NCBI GenBank assembly: GCA_965248355.1
Contig: OZ252098.1
Coordinates: forward strand, 576,001-640,000
Length of the DNA stretch: 64,000 bases
Direction: 5' to 3'
Origin: Candidatus Latescibacterota bacterium
GTDB taxonomy: Bacteria; Latescibacterota; UBA2968; UBA8231
Shown piece by piece: positions 18,576 through 27,400 of this stretch; position 1 is the first letter of the stretch, and each line of letters opens with the position of its first letter. The translations under genes were made by a program, and so were the position numbers. The notes under the pieces were generated by a model. That model worked only from the letters and a program-made list of their open reading frames with translations. It made no database searches and was not told where the DNA came from.

Positions 18576-20542
18576 AGCGGGGAGCCGGGCCGGCTCAGAG
18601 CGTCACACCGCCCCGCCGCCTGAGGACCCTGGCCTTCGGCCTCACCGGCTGCCTGTGCATCGGTCTCGGCACCCAGTTCGGCGAGATGATCACCGGTGGG
18701 TCGCGCATGGCCAGCGGCTTCACCACCGGGGCGGCCCTGGTCCTGTTCTTCCTGATCGCCGGCGGGCTCAACCCGGCCCTGAAGCTGCTGCGTCCGGCCT
18801 GGGCCCTGGGGCGGGGCGAGCTGATGGTGGCCCACGGCATGATGATGGTCGCCTGCGCGCTGCCCACCACCGGGCTGGTGGCCTATCACCTGCCGATCCT
18901 GATCCTCGGCTTCTACTACGCCACCCCCGAAAACGAGTGGGCCGAGGTGATCCACCCCCACATCCCGGAGTGGATGGCGCCCCGGGACCCGGGGGCGATC
19001 CGCTACTTCTTCGAGGGGCTGCCCGAGGGGGAGAGCATCCCCTGGGACGCCTGGGCCCTGCCCCTGGCCTGCTGGGCCGCCTTCTTCGCCGCCCTCTACC
19101 TGGTGATGATCTCGGTGGCGGTCATCCTGCGCCGCCAGTGGATGGAGCGGGAGCACCTCATCTACCCGGTGGCCCAGGTGCCCCTGGCCATGGCCCGCGA
19201 GGAGCCGGGCGCGGCGGTGAACCCCTTCTTCAAGAGCGGGCTCATGTGGCTGGGCTTCTCCCTGCCCGTGCTGCTGACGACGTCGGAGGCCCTGCACCAG
19301 TACGACCCCATCTTCCCCTCGGCCCGGAGTCTCCTGTACCCGGGCACGAGCCTGCCCATCCTGAGGAACACCACGGCCATCGGCTTCCTCCTCAGCTTCC
19401 CCATCCTGGGGTTCTCCTACCTGATCCGGCTCGACATCGCCTTCGGCCTGTGGTTCTTCAACCTCCTGGCCAAGCTCCTGCTGGGGGTCTTCCGGGTCAC
19501 GGGGATCCACAGCACCGAGCACCTGGACTTCGCCGCCAACTCGCCCATTCTGGCGCACCAGGGGATTGGGGCCATGATCGTCCTCTGCTTGGGCGGGTTG
19601 TGGATGGCCCGCGGCCACCTGAGGGGGGTGCTGCGGTCGGCCCTCGGCCGCCGGGAGGGACGGATCGACGACAGCGGCGAGATCATGTCCTGCCGCGCCG
19701 CCGTGCTGTCCACCCTGGGTGGCTCCGCCGCCATGCTCCTCTTCCTGCGCGCCGGCGGCCTGCCCCTGTGGGCGGGGGCGACGATGCTGTTCATCGCCTT
19801 CGTGCTCTTCATCGGCATCACCCGGATCGTCGTCGAAGGGGGGATGGCCTCGTGCCGGGCGCCGCTGATCGCCCCGAACTTCGTCGTCTCGGGGATGGGG
19901 ACCGGCGCCGTGGGGGCGCGGGGCCTGACGACCCTGGTCTACACCTACTCCTGGACCGGCGACATCCGCACCTTCGTCATGGCTTCCGCGGCCCACGCCC
20001 TCAAGCTGCTGGAGGAGGTGCGGGTGGCCGGCGGCCGCCGGTGGGTCTTCGGGAGCCTGGCCGCGGCCGTGGCGGTGACCACGACCGCCTCGTGCTGGAT
20101 GATGATGACCCTGGCCTACGAGTACGGGGGCATCAACCTCAACGCCGGCTACTTCCAGCTCATCACCATGATCCCCATCCGCTACCTCGACTTCCACCTC
20201 AAGAACCCGGCGCTCCCCAACTGGGACGGGTGGATGCACACCGGCCTCGGGGCCGGGCTCATGGCCCTGCTCATGTTCGTTCGCCAGCGCTTCCTGTGGT
20301 GGCCTCTGCACCCCCTGGGGCTGCCCATCAGCGCCACCCGGATCATGGACCTGGTCTGGTTCAGCGTCTTCCTGGCGTGGCTCGCCAAGCTCTCGATCAT
20401 CAAGTACGGCGGCCCCCGGCTGTTCCTGCGGCTGCGGCCGTTCTTTCTGGGCATGATTCTCGGGCAGTTCGTGGTGGCCGGCGTGTGGATCGTCATCGAC
20501 TACCTTACCGGCATGAGAGACAACATGGTCTTCGTCATCTGA
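18572..20542 (+). CDS. DUF6785/DUF6784 family multi-TM putative transporter (copy 1)
   Basis: YYATPENEW, ILRRQWxxxEHLIYP, WWPLHPLG, KYGG and PFFLGMILG motifs; many TM helices. Confidence 0.7.
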   Translation: MKRGAGPAQSVTPPRRLRTLAFGLTGCLCIGLGTQFGEMITGGSRMASGFTTGAALVLFFLIAGGLNPALKLLRPAWALGRGELMVAHGMMMVACALPTTGLVAYHLPILILGFYYATPENEWAEVIHPHIPEWMAPRDPGAIRYFFEGLPEGESIPWDAWALPLACWAAFFAALYLVMISVAVILRRQWMEREHLIYPVAQVPLAMAREEPGAAVNPFFKSGLMWLGFSLPVLLTTSEALHQYDPIFPSARSLLYPGTSLPILRNTTAIGFLLSFPILGFSYLIRLDIAFGLWFFNLLAKLLLGVFRVTGIHSTEHLDFAANSPILAHQGIGAMIVLCLGGLWMARGHLRGVLRSALGRREGRIDDSGEIMSCRAAVLSTLGGSAAMLLFLRAGGLPLWAGATMLFIAFVLFIGITRIVVEGGMASCRAPLIAPNFVVSGMGTGAVGARGLTTLVYTYSWTGDIRTFVMASAAHALKLLEEVRVAGGRRWVFGSLAAAVAVTTTASCWMMMTLAYEYGGINLNAGYFQLITMIPIRYLDFHLKNPALPNWDGWMHTGLGAGLMALLMFVRQRFLWWPLHPLGLPISATRIMDLVWFSVFLAWLAKLSIIKYGGPRLFLRLRPFFLGMILGQFVVAGVWIVIDYLTGMRDNMVFVI

Positions 20543-20555
20543 CGCGGAGAGGCGG

Positions 20556-21323
20556 ATGGAGCGAATCGATTTCCAGACCTGGATGCCCGGCGCCTTCGAC
20601 GGGAAGCCCTTCGGACCGGGGGACCTGGAGGCCCTGGAAGAGGAGGCCGGCGTCGGGCGCTGCGTGGTCATGCCCGAGGCGCGGCACCGGCCCGACAACG
20701 CGGGCCTGGCCGCCCGCATACAGGACCGGTCCCGCATGATCGGCTGCGCCGCCGTGAACCCGCTCGGGGGGGAGGCGGTGGAGGAGCTGGAGCGGGCCGT
20801 CCTCGAGCTGGGCTTCCGGGGGCTGCGCCTGTTCCCGGCGGACCACGGTTTCCCCATGGACGGGGCGGCCGTCGATCCCGTGCTGGACAAGGCCCGGGAG
20901 CTGGGGGTGCCCGTCACCGTGGACGGATGCCGCCAGGGCAGCGAGCCCGCCCGGATCGCCGCCGCGGCCACGAGGTTCCCCGAGGTGCCCTTCATCGTCG
21001 ACGTGGGCTTCCGCCCGAGCGCGCCCCCGGCGTCGATGCAGGTGCCCCTGCCCCCGGAGGGGCGCATCGCCGAGACCGCCCGGGAGATCCCCAACGTCTA
21101 CCTGGGGCTCACCGCCATGGCGGCGGTGGAGCTCTACTGCATCAAGCGGCTCATGGGGGTCTGCGGACCGGAGAAGCTCATCTTCGGCTCCAACGCCCCC
21201 TGCGGCCTGCCTCGGCTCGCCGTGAGCGGGTTCCGGCTGGTCCGCCTGCCGCGCCACCAGGAGGAGGCGGTCCTGGGCGGCACCCTGGCCGCCCTCTACC
21301 GGATCTCCGGAGGTGAAGCGTGA
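20556..21323 (+). CDS. Amidohydrolase_2 family protein (metal ligands degenerate)
   Basis: VNP..AVEELERAV..LGFRGL, PNVY, KLIFGSNAP, VLGG. Confidence 0.7.
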   Translation: MERIDFQTWMPGAFDGKPFGPGDLEALEEEAGVGRCVVMPEARHRPDNAGLAARIQDRSRMIGCAAVNPLGGEAVEELERAVLELGFRGLRLFPADHGFPMDGAAVDPVLDKARELGVPVTVDGCRQGSEPARIAAAATRFPEVPFIVDVGFRPSAPPASMQVPLPPEGRIAETAREIPNVYLGLTAMAAVELYCIKRLMGVCGPEKLIFGSNAPCGLPRLAVSGFRLVRLPRHQEEAVLGGTLAALYRISGGEA

Positions 21324-22066
21324 GGATCTTCGACTGCGAGGCCTACCTGCCCAACAGCGGCAACCCCTACCTGTGCGGTGACTCCTTCGAGCCGGCGGAC
21401 CTGATCCGCCTGGTGGACGAGGTCGACACCGAGGCCGTGCTGACCATCCCCGCGCCCGAGGCGCCGCTGGAGGGCTCGGGGTGGGAGCAGACGAACAACC
21501 GCACCCTGAAGCGGGCCATGGACGAGTACCCCGGCCGGCTCCTGGGCTGCTGCGTCGTCAGTGCCGCCGCGGGGCCGGCGGCCGTCGACGAGTTCGAGAT
21601 GACCGTGAAGGAGTGGGGGTTCTCGGGCCTGAAGTACGCCCCGGGCCTCGAGGGCACGGCGGCCGATCTGGCCAAGGCGGCCGAGGAGATGGAGGTTCCC
21701 GTCACCATCCACACCAACGGATCTGCCGAGACCTACGAGCGCATCGCGGCCCTGGCCCGGCGCCATCCCCGCCTGGTCATGGTTCTGGAGCACATGGGGT
21801 ACCGTTTCAACGTGGACCTGGCCGTCGACCTGGCCCGGCGCTTCGAGTACGTCCATCTCGCGCCCACGGTGACTGCGGCGGCGGAGCCGGGCGCCGTGCG
21901 GAAGGCGATCGAGGATGTGGGAGCGGAACGGGTCGTCTTCGGGTCCAACGCGCCCTGGGTGTCGCCCGTCCTCGGCGTCGAGGGGGTCCGGAGCCTCGGC
22001 CTGGGCGCAGCGGTGGAGGAGCTGATCTTCCGCGAGAACTTCCGCCGGATCTACAGATTGCCGTGA
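21320..22066 (+). CDS. Amidohydrolase_2 family protein
   Basis: YPGRLLG, GFSGLK, VTIHT, LEHMG, RVVFGSNAP, IFREN. Confidence 0.75.
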   Translation: MRIFDCEAYLPNSGNPYLCGDSFEPADLIRLVDEVDTEAVLTIPAPEAPLEGSGWEQTNNRTLKRAMDEYPGRLLGCCVVSAAAGPAAVDEFEMTVKEWGFSGLKYAPGLEGTAADLAKAAEEMEVPVTIHTNGSAETYERIAALARRHPRLVMVLEHMGYRFNVDLAVDLARRFEYVHLAPTVTAAAEPGAVRKAIEDVGAERVVFGSNAPWVSPVLGVEGVRSLGLGAAVEELIFRENFRRIYRLP

Positions 22067-22129
22067 GAGCCAAGCCGGGGCGCATCGATCCGCCCGGAAC
22101 CGCGCTGAAGAAGCGGTCCACCTCCGGCG

Positions 22130-23128
22130 CTACTCGCACCCCAGCAGCCGCGCGGCGTTGTTGTGGAACACGTCCTCCACCTGCGAGTCGGTGAGGCCCA
22201 CCGCCTGGCACGCCCACTTGAGGGAGCGCAGGTGCTCCAGCACGATGAGCACCGGCCGGATGGTCGTGTGCTTCTCCTGCCACACCGGGGCGTCGTCGTA
22301 GAGCCACAGGAAGGTGTCGGCCACGGGCACGCTGCGGCCGTGCTGGTGGCTGGCGGGCCCGAAGTCGGTGCCCATCATGAAACGCTCGTGGCCCATGATC
22401 TTGAGGATGGCCACGTGGGCCATGGCGTCGCAGTTGGCGCTGGAGTCGAAGTAGAGGTTGTCCAGGCCCCGCAGCGCCGGCAGGCCGTCGAAGTTGTGGG
22501 CCGGCTGGAATCCCCGGGCCGAGTGCGCCAGGACCAGCTTCATGTCGGGATAGGTCTCGCAGTAGTGGCGGATCCAGTGCTGGTTGCCCGGGTCGGCGGC
22601 GGCGCGGCTCTTGACCATGTGCAGGGTGACGATCCAGCCCTCCTCGTGGGCCACCCGCACCAGCTCCTCCGGCAGGTAGTCGGGGATGTCCGCCTCCCAG
22701 GTGGGCTTCGTGCGCGAGAAGGTGTGGTAGCACTTGAGCCCCCGCAGGCCGAGCCGCTTCCCCTGCTCCCGCACCCACTCCGGGTCGTCGCCGGGCCGGA
22801 TCAGGAAGGCCCCGGCGAACCGGGGCCGGCCGGCGATCGTGTCGGACACCCACTCGCACTGCACCAGCGACGTGGCCGGGTCCCGGAGGGCCACCGTCGG
22901 CAGGATTCAGGCGCCCACCTCCCGCCCCGGGAAGACCGGCTCGATGAGCTTCAGGTACTCGTCGCAGCCCACGTCCTCCGGGAACCCCGGGGGCGTCATG
23001 GCCCGGTTGGACTCGCGGCTCCACAGGTGGCAGTGCATGTCGATGACGCGCTCCGGGAGGAAGGCGGCCAGCTCGCGCTCGAAGAACTCCTGGTCGTGTT
23101 CCTGGAAGGAGGCTGCGGGATCCAGCAT
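22130..23128 (-). pseudogene. Amidohydrolase family gene interrupted by an in-frame TGA (22907-22909)
   Basis: The N-terminal part with DMHCH reads EVGA*ILPTVALRDP directly into the frame carrying GLKCYH, TLH, LAHSARGF and GTDF. Confidence 0.75.
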
Positions 23129-23188
23129 GGGGGGCGCTCCGGGGATGGGAGTGGCCGGGGCTCCCAAGCCTAAGGCGCCCTTGGACCG

Positions 23189-23819
23189 CTAGCAAAGCCG
23201 GTCCCCACCGGTCTCACCAGGATGAGGGCGAGCTTGCCGACCCGCACCTCGCCGCCGCGACCGACGGCAGAGGTAGATGCCGGAGCCGACTGGCCGCCCG
23301 TCGAGGTCGGTCCCGTTCCAGTCCATGGCGTAGGTCCCCGGCTGGAAGGGATCGCCGGCCAGCCGGACCCGGAAGGTATAGGCCAGGCTGTTGCTGATCC
23401 CGGTCTTTGCGTAGCTGGTGCTGGTGCCCACCGAGGTCCAGCCCAGCCAGGTGTCTCCTCCAGCTCGTCCACTTCATACGCTCGATCGCGGACCCCGTTG
23501 GCTGGGGCCGCACTCCAACTCACCGTGATCGAGTTGCCCCTTCGAGCCGTGGCCACGCCGGCAGGCCAACCGGGGTGGCCGAGGCGCTGGACGCCGGGGC
23601 CGCGCCGCCGACGTTGCGGGCCCGGATCTGGAAGTGATGGAGCTTGCCGTTGGTCAGGGTATCCGGACGGTCCGCTCCGCTCCGATACAAGCCCCATCCT
23701 CCGAGCTTGAGCGTCGGACGGAAGGAGTCACCATCTGCGTCGATCCGCGAGCGATACCGCTCATTTGTCAGCCAGTAGTCGTAGTCTGCACGGAGTAGAT
23801 CCGACTCGTCAAGGGTCAC
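23189..23819 (-). pseudogene. Decayed FN3 / FlgD-CTD surface protein fragments
   Basis: Scattered over three frames: LTNGKLHHFQIRARN, ITVSWSAAP.NG, AYTFRVR and GTYAMDWNGTDLDGRPVGSGIYLCR. Confidence 0.6.
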
Positions 23820-24042
23820 AGCGACAGTCCGTCACCACGCGGTTCACACTTGGTATTGACCCCAATGATGTAGCGGAACCATCCGTATGCGTGAACAAGC
23901 CGACAGAAGAGCCATCCGGGCTTCTGCCCCAGAGCATATCGTCAGAGGTCAACTCCAAACAGGGTCGCCGGAGGGCCCGGCGGGCACACGGGGATCGAGT
24001 GCTTGATCGCACGGTCTCTTGTCCTATATTGATGCATACAGT

Positions 24043-24089
24043 GGGTTACAGCAAAGGGTTACAGCAAATTTTGGGTTACAGCAAATTTT
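24043..24089 (+). repeat. Three tandem copies of GGGTTACAGCAAA(TTTT)
   Basis: Exact 13-mers at 24043, 24056 and 24073 within an AT-rich intergenic patch. Confidence 0.85.
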
Positions 24090-24420
24090 GTGTCCTTCGA
24101 CGACGGTCGTTTCGTCGGGCGGGTGCTACGCCCCGGGGTGCGTCGCAGACCCCCCTTCCCCGTGCCACGCTATACCCGACCTCCAACACCAAGGGGCGGG
24201 CGAATCTGGATGTCTCTTGCCGGCACCCGGCGGTGACCGGCTCGAGCAAGGCGTTGAGATCCGACAACAGCTTCACGTCCGTATCGGCTCGCCGCTTGCA
24301 GGCGGCGAGGAGGACAGCTTGACTGTCGGCGAGACGACCATGACCGAAAGCTCCAATACCCCGGAGCTGTGTCGAACAGGCGCAGATCAGAAGACGGTTT
24401 CGTCCCGGAAGGAGATTCCA

Positions 24421-27400
24421 ATGAGAACCTTCCCATGGCCGATGTTCATCGGCGCATGCTTCGCCGCCGCCGCCCTGCTGCCCGGCTTCACGGCGCCGGC
24501 GCACGCGCAGCAGATCGTGGAGTTCGTGAGCAACACGGGGCAAAGTACAGGTAGCGATGGCACTTTGGAATTACGTAACGACGATTCCGGTGCTCAGGCG
24601 TTTACCACGGGCAGCAATCGAACGGGCTACGAACTGGAAAGTATCGTAGTGGTCATGGACGCCTTTCCAACTCCCGCACTGTGGACCGTGGCGGTAAAGT
24701 TGTGGTCCAGCACCGCAACCGGAGAGCCGGACAGCGAGTTATGCACCTTGACCAACCCGGCCACCCTGGGGGCGGGAGAACTGACCTTCACCAACAACAA
24801 CTGTGCCACGCTGGAAAGAGATACCCTATTCGTGGTCATGAGTGCTAATCTCAGCAGTAACCAGACTGCCCAACCCCCTGAGTGGGCGTTTACGACATCC
24901 GACAGCGAAGATTCCGGCGCCGACGCCGGGTGGACCATCAGTGATGATTCCTACTACCGCACTAGCAGTACCGGCCCTTGGATAGGGTCTGGCAGTTCGC
25001 TCAAAATCAAGGTCAACGGGGCGTACGCCAATAAGGACAGAGAGGCTTTGGTCGCGCTCTACAACGCGACCAACGGGGGCAGCTGGAGAAACGATAGCAA
25101 ATGGAACAGTACCGACCCCCTCGATGATTGGCACGGCGTCACCACCAATGCCGCCGGACGGGTGGACTCTCTGCATCTCCACGACCACTTCCTGTCGGGG
25201 TCGATCCCGGCGGCGTTGGGCGATTTGACCCACCTCGAATACCTGAATCTGGGCAAGAACGACAACCTGACGGGGTCGATCCCGGCGGATTTGGGCGACT
25301 TGACCAACCTCAAAAACCTGAATCTCTCTTTAAACGCCCACACGGGGTCGATCCCGGCGGATTTGGGCGACTTGACCAGCCTCGAAGAGCTGTCTCTTGC
25401 CAACAACAAGCTGACGGGGTCGATCCCGGCGGCGTTGGGCGACTTGACCAGCCTCGAAAAGCTGAATCTCTTCACCAACCAACTGTCGGGGTCGATCCCG
25501 GCGGCGTTGGGCGACTTGACCAACCTCACGCACCTGCATCTTGCCAACAACAAGCTGACGGGGTCGATCCCGGCGGCGTTGGGCGACTTGACCAGCCTCG
25601 AAGAGCTGTTTCTCTACACCAACCAACTGTCGGGGTCGATCCCGGCGGCGTTGGGCGATTTGGACTCCCTCAAATTCCTGTACCTCTATTTTAACTCCTT
25701 GTCTGGGCGGATCCCGGCGGCGTTGGGCGACTTGACCAGCCTCGAAGGGCTGGAGCTCAACAACAACTCCCTGACGGGGTGGATCCCGGCGTTGGGCGAG
25801 TTGACGAACCTGGAGAGCCTGGCTCTCAACAACAACTCCCTGACGGGGTCGATCCCGGCGGAGTTGGGCGACTTGACCAACCTCAAGTACCTGGCTCTCA
25901 GTTACAACTCCCTGACGGGGTCGATCCCGGCGGCGTTGGGCGACTTGACCGACCTCGAAGAGCTGTATCTCCACAACAACTCCCTGACGGGGTCGATCCC
26001 GGCGGTGTTTCTCAACTTGAGAAACCTCTCGAACCTGTATGTCGACAACGATCTGTGCGTGCCGGGGGATACCGCATTCCAGGAATGGCTTGAGGATTTT
26101 GAGGATATCTATGACTTCGAAGGCGACAGCGACAACATCTGCACCCCCCCGGTGGCGACGGATGACGACGTAGTGACCAACGAGGACACTCCCATCGTCA
26201 TTCGCGTGTTGGCCAACGACTCGGACGTGAACCCGAATACTATCCTCAGCGTGACCGCGGTGGGCACACCGAGGGCCCCGAGGACCGGCACCGCCGCGAT
26301 CACGGCGGGGTCAACGACTACGGTCACCTACACGCCCAACGCCAACTTCATCGGCACCGACACGTTCAGCTACACCGTCTCGGACGGGACCGACACCGAC
26401 ACCGGCACCGGCACGGTGACCGTGACGGTGAATGCGGTGAACGACCCGCCGCTGGCGACAGATGACGCCGCCAGCGTGGTTCAAAGCGGGTCGGTGAACA
26501 TCAACGTGATCGCGAACGACACCGATGTCGAGAACGACCCTCTTAGCGTGAGCAGGGTGGGCACACCGACGGCCCCGAGGGCCGGCACCGCCGCGATCAC
26601 GGCGGGGTCAACGACTACGGTCACCTACACGCCCAACCTCAACTTCATCGGCACCGACACGTTCAGCTACACCGTCTCGGACGGGACCGGCACCGCCACC
26701 GGTACGGTGCGGATCACGGTGACGGTCCCCCCAACCACCGTGCCGACCCCACCTCGGTTCCTGAAGGCAGTCGCCGGGGACGGCGCGGTGACACTGGTCT
26801 GGACGGCCCCGGCAAGCGACGGCGGCTCGGCGCTGCGCAGCTACCAGTACCGGCAGAAGCCGCAGAGCGGGTCCTTCGACGCTTGGACCGCCATCGCCGA
26901 CACCGCCTTCAGGCAGGAGCCGGCCACTCGATATACGGTTACGGGCCTGCGCAACGGCACGGCCTACACCTTCCAGGTGCGGGCGGTCAACGACCAAGGC
27001 CCCAGTTCCGCCTCCGGTCTGGCCCGGGCCACGCCGTTGATGGCGGCGCCGAGCGAGCTGACGGCGCGCGGCGTTGACGACGGGGTCCTGCTGACTTGGA
27101 CGCCCCCGGCAACCGCCAGTGAGGTCCGCAGCTATCAGTACCGGCAGAAGCCGCAGAGCGGGTCCTTCGGCGTCTGGACCGCCATCGCCGACACCGCCTT
27201 CAGGCAGGAGCCGGCCACTCGATATACGGTTACGGGCCTGCGCAACGGCACGGCCTACACCTTCCAGGTGCGGGGGGTGAGCGCGGGCGTCCCTGGAGCC
27301 GCTTCCAAGGAGGCGCGGGCCACTGCCGCCGTCACCGCCGGCATTTGCGGGCGCACCCCCGCCGTACGGGCCGCGCTTGTGGCGGCCCTTGCCGATGTTG

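Noticed and set aside
24019-24420. N-terminal extensions in the ORF track (also 8516, 10829, 11662, 13563, 28751, 40331, 55051, 58881)
   Set aside because: Downstream starts with an RBS, a signal peptide or translational coupling fit better.
25192-26049. CRISPR-like alternation of constant and variable segments
   Set aside because: The units keep frame (multiples of 3) and encode LRRs within a long ORF, the 'spacers' resemble each other, and no cas genes are present.
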